Shown piece after piece: positions 50,110-59,886 of a stretch of DNA of 64,000 nucleotides. The notes under the pieces were generated by a model. The model saw only the letters and a program-made list of their open reading frames with translations. It was not told the DNA's origin and did not search any database. Positions within the stretch are counted from its first letter, which is position 1. Every line of letters begins with the position of its first letter. The stretch is taken from the NCBI GenBank assembly GCA_963740315.1, contig CAVUDP010000001.1, forward strand, positions 1,408,001 to 1,472,000, written 5' to 3'. This DNA comes from an uncultured cyanobacterium. Lineage in GTDB: Bacteria > Cyanobacteriota > Cyanobacteriia > Cyanobacteriales > Nostocaceae. The translations under genes were made by a program, and so were the position numbers.

Positions 50110-50868
50110 ATGACCGCAGTTTTGCAAATTGGCGATCGCGCTATTAATGTTGATGAGATTCTTCCGCTGCTTAAGCAGTACGGAATGCTGCCTCAACTGT
50201 TAAAAGAAATAGTTATTGATAATGCAACTGCTTCTATTTCGCTTTCTGAGGAAGAAGTGGCAACAGCATATAAGCAGTTTTACCAACAGCAGCAACTAGG
50301 GGATGAGCAGCAATTACAAGCTTGGCTGAAATCCCGCAACTTAGAACGCGAGCAGCTAGATTATCTAGTAACTCGTACTCTTCGCTTAGAAAAGTTTAAA
50401 CAAGAGACTTGGAAGACAAAGTTAGAATCGTATTTTCTTCAACGTAAGGAAAAGTTAGATAAAGTCATTTATTCGCTAATTCGGGTTAATGATATTGCCA
50501 TTGCCCAAGAATTATACTTTCGCGTTCAAGAAGATGAGCAGCCTTTTGCCGAACTTGCTCGCGAGTATAGTAAGGGACCTGAAGCGCAGACGGGCGGTTT
50601 AATTGGTCCGGTAGAGTTGGGGGTTCCCCATCCGGTTTTAGCGAAAATGTTGCTCAAGTCTCAACCAGGGCAAGTTCTACCGCCCACTCGTTTGGGAGAT
50701 TGGATTTTAATTGTTCGATTGGAGCAATTTATTCCCGCGCAGTTAGACGCAGCAACGCAACAGCGATTGTTAAACGAGCAATTTGAAGCCTGGGTGCAGG
50801 GAGAAATAACTTCTACCCTCAAGGATAGTCAGTTATCGACGGATAAAGATGATTCGACTGAAAGCTAA
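50110..50868 (+). CDS. PpiC/parvulin-type peptidyl-prolyl isomerase associated with cyanobacterial T1SS
   Basis: VIYSLIRV, AQELYFR, FAELAREYSKGPEAQTGGLIGPV. ATG 50110 preferred over TTG 50062. Confidence 0.88.
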   Translation: MTAVLQIGDRAINVDEILPLLKQYGMLPQLLKEIVIDNATASISLSEEEVATAYKQFYQQQQLGDEQQLQAWLKSRNLEREQLDYLVTRTLRLEKFKQETWKTKLESYFLQRKEKLDKVIYSLIRVNDIAIAQELYFRVQEDEQPFAELAREYSKGPEAQTGGLIGPVELGVPHPVLAKMLLKSQPGQVLPPTRLGDWILIVRLEQFIPAQLDAATQQRLLNEQFEAWVQGEITSTLKDSQLSTDKDDSTES

Positions 50869-51004
50869 TTGAATTTAAAATTTAAAATTTAAAATTTTGG
50901 TTTTTGGATCGAACGAAGGAATATGTTCCTGTTTGACGAAAAATAAAGCAGATTGATTATTTTTTAAGTTGTCGTGACGAGAAAACGCATCACCATTTGA
51001 TTCG

Positions 51005-51085
51005 ATCCAAAATCCAAAATTCTCAAGTTTTCAGGTGTATCTAAAGGATTATTCTAAAATCCAAAATCTAAAATCCAAAATTCAA
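51005..51085. repeat. AAAATCC/AAAATCT heptamer STRR
   Basis: aaaatccaaaatctaaaatccaaaatt just upstream of the HlyB ATG. Confidence 0.7.
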
Positions 51086-54000
51086 ATGACTTATACAACA
51101 ACTAACATCCAAGAATTTTTAGCGGGGGTTACTCCCTTTAACCAGTTACAACCGGCAGTAATGGCAAAGCTTTTAGAAAAAGCACAGCTGTACCGCTACC
51201 GTATGGGACAGGTAATTTTAGCGCGGGAAAAAATGCCCGCTCAAATATCTATTCTTCATTCCGGGCAAGTGCGTTTACTCGGTTACGAACCCGAAACCCA
51301 AATACCCGTAACTTTGGCAAGGCTGCAACCCGGAGAAATTATGGGTTGGCTTGAAACAGTGCGGGGAGTACCTGGTTCCACCGCTATTGCTTCGACGGAA
51401 GTTATTTGTATCAACTTTAATGCTGCGGAGTTTCTAGCTTTAATTAAGGAAGAAGAAAGCTTTTTATCACATTTTTATAATCGTGCTGGAATAGTCGAAG
51501 TATTTGAATTACTGTCGGCACAATTGCGACAGCAAGCAAATAGCCAGTTGGTTTTAGAAGCATCCGATTGTAGCAACTGTAAAGATTTAGCGCTGAAAAC
51601 TTACGATGATACACAAATTGTTAACTTAACAACTCGCAATGCTGCAAATCAGCTAAGTCCCGATTATCTTTGGTTAGTAAGTGGAGGAACGGTTTCCCCC
51701 GAAATAATCGGCGATCGCTTTGACTCCACTCAATCTTTACCCAGAGGAAGTCGGGTTCGCTTGTTAGGTATACCCGCAAATGTCTTTTCGCCATCCCAAC
51801 AAGTAGTTCAAGATAATACTGAGGAAGAAGCGCAACAGGTAAACATCACCGAAGTAATTCCTGCTGGTTCGGAGGCATACGACGATATTCCCTACGCTCC
51901 CGCAGAGCCGCCAGAAGCCGAAAATTATCATGTAAATAAGCGAGATGTTGCTGCTGCCAAAAAATATCCCCACGTGCGCGGTAGTGGCGAAGTAAATGGA
52001 ATTCTGGCTTGCTTCGGGATGTTGAGCAAACATTTGAATATGCCCTTCCGTAAGGAAGTTATTCGTAAAGTATTAATTAATCAGCAAAAGCGCACGGGTT
52101 CGCTGTCGTTGCAGCAGTGCGGTTCTATAGCCCAATTGGTCGGTTTAAGACCCCAACTTGTTGGCGTACCTGCAAACGCGATCGGCAGAATTGAAGCCCC
52201 TGCAATAGTCCAATGGCAAGATAGTTATGCCGTACTTTATGAAATTACTAACAAAAACATAGTAGTTGGCGTGCCGGAATCGGGAATCCTCAATCAGAAA
52301 ACCTCTGATGTAGTCCAGGTACTGCTTCAATCCAAACCCCAAACCGAACAAGAACAACAACAAGATGCGATCCCCGTATTGCTGCTGCAACCCACCTCAG
52401 AAACACCGCAGCAAAAATTTGGGTTAAGTTGGTTTTTGCCATCTTTAAATAAGTATAAAGGCGTACTGGTAGAAGTATTTATTGCCTCCTTCTTCTTCCA
52501 GTTGTTCGGCTTGGCTAACCCGCTAGTTACCCAGGTAATTATCGACAAGGTAATTAACCAAAACAGTCCGGATACGCTGCAAGTTCTCGGTGTATTTCTG
52601 GTCGTAATTGCCATATTTGAAGCAATTATTGGTACTATTCGGACTTATTTATTTGTCGATACTACCAACCGTATTGATTTAACTCTGGGTTCGGAAATTA
52701 TCGACCATTTGCTGCGTTTACCATTACGTTACTTTGAAAAGCGACCTGTAGGTGAACTTTCTACTAGGGTGAACGAATTAGAGAAAATTCGTCAATTTTT
52801 AACCGGAACCGCTTTAACAGTGGTTTTAGACGCGGTTTTCTCCGTTATCTACATCGTGGTGATGTTTATTTATAGCTGGATACTGGCTTTAGTAGCTCTA
52901 GCGACGTTGCCATTATTCGCCATCCTTACCTTTGTAGTTTCTCCCATCGTCCGCCGACAGCTACGGTTTAAAGCAGAACGTAACGCCGAAGCGCAATCCC
53001 ACTTAGTCGAAATTTTGTCAGGTATCCAGACAGTTAAAGCCCAAAACATTGAATTGCGATCGCGCTGGCAATGGCAGGAGCGTTACGCTCGTTATGTCAG
53101 TGCTGGTTTCAAAAACGTACAGACTTCTACTGCGGCAGGTTCTACCAGTGGTTTTCTTAACAAGCTTTCCGGCTTACTCGTGCTGTGGGTGGGAGCTTAC
53201 TTGGTATTAGATGGGACGCTAACATTAGGACAGTTAATCGCCTTTCGGATCATCTCCGGTTACGTGACTTCTCCTTTGTTGCGTCTTACCCAGTTATGGC
53301 AGAACTTCCAAGAAACCGCTTTATCTTTGGAACGTTTGAGCGACATTATCGACTCACCCCAAGAAGCCAGCGAAGAAGACAAAGGTAACATTCCCCTGCC
53401 CATGATTGAAGGGGCTGTTAAATTTGATAACGTCTCCTTCCGCTTCAAACCCACAGGACCGATGCAGTTAAATAACATTAGCTTGGAATTTCCCCCCGGT
53501 GTATTTGTGGGTGTCGTCGGACAAAGTGGTTCCGGTAAAAGTACGCTAATGAAACTGGTACCGCGCCTTTATCCCTTAGAATCCGGACGCATTCTCATCG
53601 ACGGTTACGACATCAACAAAGTAGAACTTTACTCCCTGCGAGAGCAAGTAGGAATTGTGCCGCAAGATACCCTACTTTTTGAAGGCTCCGTACAGGAAAA
53701 CATCTCCTTAAACTATCCAGATGCCACCCCAGAGGAGATTATCGAAGCTGCTAAAATTGCAGTAGCGCATGAATTTATCATGGAACTGCCGAATGGTTAC
53801 AATAGTAGAGTCGGCGAACGAGGTAGTGCTTTATCCGGTGGACAGCGGCAAAGAGTCGCAATTGCCCGTACAATCTTACAAAATCCGCGCTTATTAATTC
53901 TTGATGAAGCTACCAGCGCCCTCGACTACGAGTCCGAACGTCAAGTATGCTTAAATTTAGCAGAAGCCTTTAAAGGGCGTACAGTTTTCTTCATTACACA

Positions 54001-54142
54001 CAGATTAAGTACAATCCGTAACGCCGACACTATTTTAATGTTAGACAAAGGCTATGTTGTAGAACAGGGAACCCACCAAGAATTAATGTCGCTCAAAGGA
54101 CGTTACTACTGTCTGTATCAACAACAAGAAGCGCAAATTTAA
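51086..54142 (+). CDS. hlyB: HlyB-family type I secretion ABC transporter (cNMP-like + C39-like domain + TMD + NBD)
   Basis: GQSGSGKST, VPQD, LSGGQRQR, LILDEATSALD and ITHRL motifs. The C39-like region (NGILACF, QWQDSYAV) lacks the catalytic Cys/His pattern. Confidence 0.92.
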   Translation: MTYTTTNIQEFLAGVTPFNQLQPAVMAKLLEKAQLYRYRMGQVILAREKMPAQISILHSGQVRLLGYEPETQIPVTLARLQPGEIMGWLETVRGVPGSTAIASTEVICINFNAAEFLALIKEEESFLSHFYNRAGIVEVFELLSAQLRQQANSQLVLEASDCSNCKDLALKTYDDTQIVNLTTRNAANQLSPDYLWLVSGGTVSPEIIGDRFDSTQSLPRGSRVRLLGIPANVFSPSQQVVQDNTEEEAQQVNITEVIPAGSEAYDDIPYAPAEPPEAENYHVNKRDVAAAKKYPHVRGSGEVNGILACFGMLSKHLNMPFRKEVIRKVLINQQKRTGSLSLQQCGSIAQLVGLRPQLVGVPANAIGRIEAPAIVQWQDSYAVLYEITNKNIVVGVPESGILNQKTSDVVQVLLQSKPQTEQEQQQDAIPVLLLQPTSETPQQKFGLSWFLPSLNKYKGVLVEVFIASFFFQLFGLANPLVTQVIIDKVINQNSPDTLQVLGVFLVVIAIFEAIIGTIRTYLFVDTTNRIDLTLGSEIIDHLLRLPLRYFEKRPVGELSTRVNELEKIRQFLTGTALTVVLDAVFSVIYIVVMFIYSWILALVALATLPLFAILTFVVSPIVRRQLRFKAERNAEAQSHLVEILSGIQTVKAQNIELRSRWQWQERYARYVSAGFKNVQTSTAAGSTSGFLNKLSGLLVLWVGAYLVLDGTLTLGQLIAFRIISGYVTSPLLRLTQLWQNFQETALSLERLSDIIDSPQEASEEDKGNIPLPMIEGAVKFDNVSFRFKPTGPMQLNNISLEFPPGVFVGVVGQSGSGKSTLMKLVPRLYPLESGRILIDGYDINKVELYSLREQVGIVPQDTLLFEGSVQENISLNYPDATPEEIIEAAKIAVAHEFIMELPNGYNSRVGERGSALSGGQRQRVAIARTILQNPRLLILDEATSALDYESERQVCLNLAEAFKGRTVFFITHRLSTIRNADTILMLDKGYVVEQGTHQELMSLKGRYYCLYQQQEAQI

Positions 54143-54218
54143 TAATTAGGGAATAGGGCATAGGTTAAAGGTCTGCATGTCAAAGGTCAAAGGTGAAAAG
54201 TTAAAGCGAATAATTTCT

Positions 54219-54290
54219 ACCCCCTCTCCCCCCTCTCCCCCCTCTCCCTCATCTACCCCCTCTCCCCCCATCTCCCCCCTTCCCTCGTAA
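54219..54290. repeat. CCCCTCTCC low-complexity tandem repeat
   Basis: Lies between hlyB and hlyD. Confidence 0.7.
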
Positions 54291-54310
54291 TTCCTAACTC
54301 CTAAATTCCC

Positions 54311-55855
54311 ATGACTCAACTCAACGGTAATCTCAACGGTAAGAAATCTCGGCAATCCATACTCCCTGGATTCGCGGAAACTCCCAAAGATTCTATTCCA
54401 CAGAAAAATGGTAGATCGAGGGTTTCCGACTTTGAACAAGCGGTAATTTTGCGGCGATCGCCAATATTTTCGCGAGCGGCGTTGTGGAGTATTTTGGGCG
54501 TAACCGTTTTTACGATTTCTTGGGCATACTTTTCCAGAATCGACCAAGCTATCCCCGCTCAAGGAAAATTAGAACCCCAAGGAGCCGTTAGAGAAGTACA
54601 GGTTCCGGTGAATGGTGTGGTGAAAAAGGTTTTTGTCAAAGATGGCGATCGAGTAAAAGAAGGGGACTTGCTGTTGCGTCTGGACCATGCTGGTGCTGAA
54701 GCGGAGCTAAATTCTGCAAGAACAATTCGTGAAGCTTTGAAGCTGGAAAATCAGTTTTATCGCAGTTTATTTAATCGTTCTTCAGGACAAACACCTGCAA
54801 TCAAAGTACCTCCAGAAATGGCAAGGTTGGCTCAGAGTAGAAGCACATTATTAAAAGAAAATCAATATTTTGGAGTGCTGTTGACTGGAAATACTAATGG
54901 TGCAAATTTAACAGGGCAAGAGAAACTGCGTTTATTTTCCAGTCAAGAACAATTAAGATCCCAAGGCGCTCAAATTCAGTTAGAACAAGGGCAGCTACAG
55001 CAACAGCTAGCACAAACTAAAGAAAAACTTGATAACTCTAGAAACATTCTCAGTATCAATCAAGGTATTCTCAATGACTTAGAACCGTTGTATAGGGAAG
55101 GAGCGATCGCTCGCTTGCAGTACTTACAACAAAAACAAGAAGTTAGCAACCGTCGCAGTGAAGTTGCTCAACTCGGTCAAGAAATACAGCGTTTAAGATT
55201 AGCTATTGCTCAAACAGGTCAGCAACTGCAAAATGCCGTGTCAACTTCTAAAAAAGATATATTGACTCAAATGGCAGACAACGAAAAACGTATTGCCGAA
55301 ATCGACAGTCAAATTAACAAATCGATAGTCGAAAATGAAAAGCGGATTACCGAACTCGACGGTCAAATTAAACAAGCTTCATTAACCAGAGAATATCAAA
55401 TAGTAAAAGCCCCAGTAGATGGCATCGTGTTTGACTTAAAAGCCGGTAATCCCGGTTATGTAGCTAATACCAGCGAACCAGTAATGAAAGTGGTGCCAGA
55501 ACAATCGCTGATGGCAGAAGTATTTATAACTAATAAGGACATCGGGTTTGTTAGAGAAGGTATGCCCGTTGACGTAAGATTTGAAAGCTATAACTTCAGT
55601 GAATTTGGCGATATTAAAGGTACCCTTGTATCTGTTGGTACAGATGCCCTACCGCCAGACGAAATTCATCCCTACTATCGTTTCCCCGCAAGAGTTGAGT
55701 TAAATCGACAAACTCTTTCTGCCAACGGCAAACAATTACCCCTCCAATCAGGTATGTCAGTCACTGCCAATATTAAGACGCGAGACAGAAGTATCTTAAG
55801 CATATTTACTGATAAGTTCACTCAAACAGTCGAAAGCGTTAAATTTGTCCGATAA
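54311..55855 (+). CDS. hlyD: HlyD-family membrane fusion protein
   Basis: N-terminal TM segment; A.GKLEP, VKDGDRVKEGDLL, coiled coil, KAPVDG, DIGFV and LQSGM motifs. Confidence 0.92.
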   Translation: MTQLNGNLNGKKSRQSILPGFAETPKDSIPQKNGRSRVSDFEQAVILRRSPIFSRAALWSILGVTVFTISWAYFSRIDQAIPAQGKLEPQGAVREVQVPVNGVVKKVFVKDGDRVKEGDLLLRLDHAGAEAELNSARTIREALKLENQFYRSLFNRSSGQTPAIKVPPEMARLAQSRSTLLKENQYFGVLLTGNTNGANLTGQEKLRLFSSQEQLRSQGAQIQLEQGQLQQQLAQTKEKLDNSRNILSINQGILNDLEPLYREGAIARLQYLQQKQEVSNRRSEVAQLGQEIQRLRLAIAQTGQQLQNAVSTSKKDILTQMADNEKRIAEIDSQINKSIVENEKRITELDGQIKQASLTREYQIVKAPVDGIVFDLKAGNPGYVANTSEPVMKVVPEQSLMAEVFITNKDIGFVREGMPVDVRFESYNFSEFGDIKGTLVSVGTDALPPDEIHPYYRFPARVELNRQTLSANGKQLPLQSGMSVTANIKTRDRSILSIFTDKFTQTVESVKFVR

Positions 55856-55894
55856 GTTGGTTTAATTTAAGATTAATTTAAGATGCAATGTAAG

Positions 55895-55928
55895 TATTTC
55901 ATCCCTCTAATTAGATCGGGATGAAATT
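55895..55928 (+). terminator. Hairpin after hlyD
   Basis: atttcatccc...gggatgaaat. Confidence 0.5.
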
Positions 55929-56655
55929 TTAATATGATTATGATATATTAATAAACTCTCTGTAAATAAATAAAATATATATGTTAAATTACACACTTTG
56001 CATTTTTTTAGCTTATCGTATATAAGTAAGTATACTCTTACTAAGCAAGTACAAGTAAGTGTTCCCCCTCTTGCTCTGTGTCAGGAAAAAGTCAAATATA
56101 TAAGTTCAAGAAGGTAGTTTTGTTGACGGTAAAAATATAAAATTTGATAGTTTTTACTGAAAAAGCAAAATTTGATGTTCTTCTTCAGCGCACTTTTGAA
56201 AAAGATTTTCATCAGTGTTTGTAATATTTTTCCGGAAGACATATAGGATGTGCTGTATTCAACTATTGCAGCATACCGAAACTCAGATGAGTTGAAGCGC
56301 AATCGAAGCCTTCTATTTCAGAATTTTGAACTGATGCTTGCGGAGTCGGTTTATTTCTGTATCCCTATACTTCTTAAAATTACGGCTAGTAGTTTGTTTT
56401 CCACAGAAATCTATAAGGTTTTCTTAATTTTCTGCTGCCCAAATAATATTAGTTCAAATAAATTAATGTGACAAATAAATGATGGAAAGCCTCGCTGTAT
56501 AAAGCTCTAAAAAAAATAGGGTGATTTTTACAGAACATCTGCAACGCAATCTATTTAATTGTTAAAACAAACGCATCTGAAGGATAACATTGCCTTCAGT
56601 TTATTAAATGCGTCTATCTGAAAATTTAAATCAATACTAAAAAAGGAAGATAAAA

Positions 56656-58299
56656 ATGTTCGATTCCATGCAACTTAATGCCGACGAAAATACCAAATAT
56701 AACTTTGCTTACCTTATTGATGTATCGGATAGTGTTGAGAAAAATACGCTTCAACAACTAAAAGATGCCTACACAAGTTTAACTAAATCCCTGATCGATG
56801 GCGGAATTGCAGGTGTCAGTCAATTTGCAGTAATTCCTTTTAGCTCTGATGCAATCCTTAATGCACCGTTGAATGCAACAGAAGCAATTTCAACAATTGA
56901 AGGTTTGTCTGAAGATGGTTTCACTAATTTTAATGCCGCACTTGAAAAAGCAAATCAGTTCTTTTCTACAGTACCCCCTGGAGCAACTAATATAGCCTAT
57001 TTTCTGTCTGATGGGTTTTCAACTACGGGAGGAAGTTTTAAAGAATCAGCAAAAGCTTTACAAGCAGTAGCAGATGTTCGAGCTTATGGTTTTGGCGCTG
57101 CAAATATTCAATCCTTAGAGATTGTAGATTCAAATCAACCCGTGATAGTCTCCGAAGCATCAGAATTAAAGACTGAATTTATTAATTCTATAAATAATTT
57201 GGTTGCTAGCAACTCTCAAATTGATTCAACAACAGACGACAATAATGATGTTGAAATCGCTTCTCCTCCTGTAAATGAACCAGTTGAAGATGAATCAGAT
57301 ACTAGTAACGACCAAATCAAAAAAGACGAGTCCAATTTAGTTGATGATTCGATTCCGCAAAACCTTGTGAAACCCGAAGTTGACGACATAATTAAGCTGG
57401 GTAGCAACATCGACGCATTACCTGATACAGAGTCTCCCATTTTGAAGGTTGAAGATATTTCTATCGAAGAAGGTGATATCGGAAGCAGTATCGCTCAGTT
57501 TACAGTTAATTTATCTTCACCTGCTACCAAAGAGATTCAATTCTCATACCAAACTGTCGATGGAAGTGCGATTTCTACTTCTGATTACGATCCAATATCT
57601 GGACAAATTACAATTCCGGTTGGTGAAACCAGCACAAATATTGACGTTGAAGTGAATGGGGATAATGAAGTTGAATTAAATGAAGAATTTACTCTTAATT
57701 TATTTGGCTTATCTGGCGCAACTTTTGAAAACAACAAAGCAGAATATAGTAAAGTGGCGACGATAGAAAACGATGATATTGCCCAAGTCACAGAAAGTAC
57801 ACAAGTACCCGATGATGGAAGTATTTTCGATGGGAATCTACTTGACTTAAAATCCTTTGCTGGTGATGTAACAGTAGCTTTCACCGTAGATAGAGAAGCC
57901 GAATTTGATAATACTGTCAGTTTTTACAAAATTGAAGACACAGAAGGAACCATTACAGATCCAGTGACTGGAAATAGGCTCAAACCCAGTGATGGCGAAG
58001 CTTATGCAGAATTAGCGATCGAGCTTAAAGAGTCACAAATCGAACTAAGCGTAGATAACCTTAATTCCATTACTATCCAAGATACCCTTGATGGAGGATA
58101 TCTCTACGCTCCTTTTATCGTCGCTGATGGGAACCTTGACGATGGATTCAGCCAAGTTTACTTCTCCTTTGCTCAAGCTAACTCCGATAAATTCGAGCAT
58201 ATTCGTTCGTTAGGAAATACCCTTACTTTTGAAGACTTAGCGAATGGTGGCGATCGCGATTTCAACGATATGGTTATCAGCGCTGAAATTACAATTTAA
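56656..58299 (+). CDS. vWA + Calx-beta + DUF4114-like tail protein
   Basis: IDVSDSV MIDAS, FLSDG, GDNEVELNEEF and FEDLANGGDRDFND. The vWA domain is paralogous to the one in 17682-22355. Confidence 0.88.
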   Translation: MFDSMQLNADENTKYNFAYLIDVSDSVEKNTLQQLKDAYTSLTKSLIDGGIAGVSQFAVIPFSSDAILNAPLNATEAISTIEGLSEDGFTNFNAALEKANQFFSTVPPGATNIAYFLSDGFSTTGGSFKESAKALQAVADVRAYGFGAANIQSLEIVDSNQPVIVSEASELKTEFINSINNLVASNSQIDSTTDDNNDVEIASPPVNEPVEDESDTSNDQIKKDESNLVDDSIPQNLVKPEVDDIIKLGSNIDALPDTESPILKVEDISIEEGDIGSSIAQFTVNLSSPATKEIQFSYQTVDGSAISTSDYDPISGQITIPVGETSTNIDVEVNGDNEVELNEEFTLNLFGLSGATFENNKAEYSKVATIENDDIAQVTESTQVPDDGSIFDGNLLDLKSFAGDVTVAFTVDREAEFDNTVSFYKIEDTEGTITDPVTGNRLKPSDGEAYAELAIELKESQIELSVDNLNSITIQDTLDGGYLYAPFIVADGNLDDGFSQVYFSFAQANSDKFEHIRSLGNTLTFEDLANGGDRDFNDMVISAEITI

Positions 58300-58413
58300 C
58301 CGTTTGCTCTCAATTCCCATTCGTGCTATGCGATCGGGTTTGAGAACCTTATTTAATCTCATTCAAACTGCGCCATCAAGGAATATAATTTCCGCATCCC
58401 AACCCTTCCCGTC

Positions 58414-58550
58414 AGGCTATGGTGTACACAGAATTCTAATTGGTTTTAGATCCCCCCTAACCCCCCGTATTATTGGGGGGAATTGGAGTTAAACTCCCCC
58501 AAATTAGCGGGGGATTTAGGGGATCTTACGGGATATGTGTACATGGTAGG
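58414..58550. repeat. C/G-run palindromic MITE-like element
   Basis: ggctatggtgtacaca...tgtgtacatggtagg ends with a gatccccctaacccccc core. Confidence 0.6.
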
Positions 58551-58789
58551 TCAAAGGGGAGGGAATACAAATTATACATTTATAAATACAAAAATTTTCA
58601 TCAAAAATAAATACCACGATCGCTGCTATACAAGATCGAAGATTTAAAAAAAATTATATTTTAAGTATTCTTGCCAACACAAGATTAGTTTTTTTACCTT
58701 TAATATGTACCTGTTTGCATACAATTACTTATCGTCGTTCGAGAAGCCTGATTTAGATAATTTTTCTAAATTAAAACCTAACTAAATTC

Positions 58790-59515
58790 ATGAATAAAAC
58801 CATACAAATTCAGGAATTGGCAATTGCTATTACAGCCAAAAAACTGAATCCCACCATCGTGAACCTTGATTTTTTGAAGTACAGCAATATTATCTCATCA
58901 GATTGGGAATTAGCACGTACTCCGGTTTATACAAAAAATTTGACGCAGCTTGTCTTCCAAAATGGGATTGCAATTGTCGCACAACCTAACCGAATAGTTT
59001 TTGCAGAAGCTATTGAAACCAAAATTCAAGAATTAAATGTTTCTCAATTAGCTGCTAAATATATAGAAAAGCTACCTAATGTAGAGTATCAAGCTGTGGG
59101 TATTAATCCCAAAGGTTTTGTAACTTTTACAGAATCAAATGCTGCTAGCAACTATTTATTAAATAATCTGCTTGCTTCGGGAGAGTGGCGAGAATTTGGT
59201 AAAACACCCGTCAAAGCCGCAATTCAATTAGCTTACACTTTAGAACGTTCTCAATTAAACTTAACAATTAACGAAGGATTACTAAAAGTCTCAGAAGAAA
59301 GTTCCGTACCAGCAATATTATTCTCCGGTAATTTTAACTATAATATTATCGGTGCCAATGAGGAAGAAAGATTACAAGATTTGTATAAAATTCTTCAGAA
59401 TTGCAAAAGCAATTTAGAAACTTATCAGGAACTAATTAACAATAAGTTTTTCTCTTCTCGGCTTAACGATAAAAACGCGATCCCTTTTGGAGTTTCTATT
59501 TCACCATCAATTTAA
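58790..59515 (+). CDS. Hypothetical protein
   Basis: 241-aa ORF with normal composition (LNPTIVNLDFLKYS, AVGINPKG); no confident family. Confidence 0.75.
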   Translation: MNKTIQIQELAIAITAKKLNPTIVNLDFLKYSNIISSDWELARTPVYTKNLTQLVFQNGIAIVAQPNRIVFAEAIETKIQELNVSQLAAKYIEKLPNVEYQAVGINPKGFVTFTESNAASNYLLNNLLASGEWREFGKTPVKAAIQLAYTLERSQLNLTINEGLLKVSEESSVPAILFSGNFNYNIIGANEEERLQDLYKILQNCKSNLETYQELINNKFFSSRLNDKNAIPFGVSISPSI

Positions 59516-59519
59516 AGTA

Positions 59520-59645
59520 TAAGTAGGTTGGCGTTGAAAATTGCAATTAGGACAAGGGAGTAGGCAGTAGGGAGTAGGAGTAAAGCTTTTAGACTAATTT
59601 ACCTAACCGTTACCGCCGTTCGGTTTATTCGTGCCTACTTACTTA
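59520..59645. repeat. TAAGTAGG...CCTACTTA MITE-like repeat with GGGAGTA STRRs
   Basis: Inverted termini with internal heptamer repeats. Complementary ccctact repeats at ~59705-59740. Confidence 0.5.
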
Positions 59646-59886
59646 GAACTCCGTTTTGATTTTTGTTAGCTTAAGCTTGCCGAAGCCATATAAGCAAACA
59701 TTCTCACCCTACTCCCTATTTCCTACTCCCTATTTCCTACCTAAACGATATGTCATTTATCTTCAAATTCCCTTCCTTAAGCAATTTTACGGTTCTCAGA
59801 TAAAATCTTTGCTATATATAAAGGAATACATACCTTTTTTAATTGGTATTAGCTAGGATGCCCTATCTACCGTACTCTGAAGAGCT

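Noticed and set aside
51035..51085. GTG start extension of HlyB (SKIQNLKSKI)
   Set aside because: It is the translation of a heptamer STRR; ATG 51086 is more plausible.
51086..54142. Bacteriocin/RiPP peptidase-containing transporter (PCAT)
   Set aside because: The C39-like domain lacks the catalytic Cys/His pattern and no double-glycine precursor was seen; the nearby RTX cargo fits a HlyB-type T1SS.
54146..54562. 138-aa minus-strand ORF
   Set aside because: Antisense to hlyD and to the CCCCTCTCC repeat, which gives the GEGGE low complexity.
56081..56471. Two overlapping 73-aa ORFs or a stop-riddled reading frame
   Set aside because: No recognisable family; possibly a decayed gene, but unsupported without blastx.
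50062..58299. TolC/HgdD outer-membrane component
   Set aside because: Not found in the window; presumably encoded elsewhere, as is usual in cyanobacteria.
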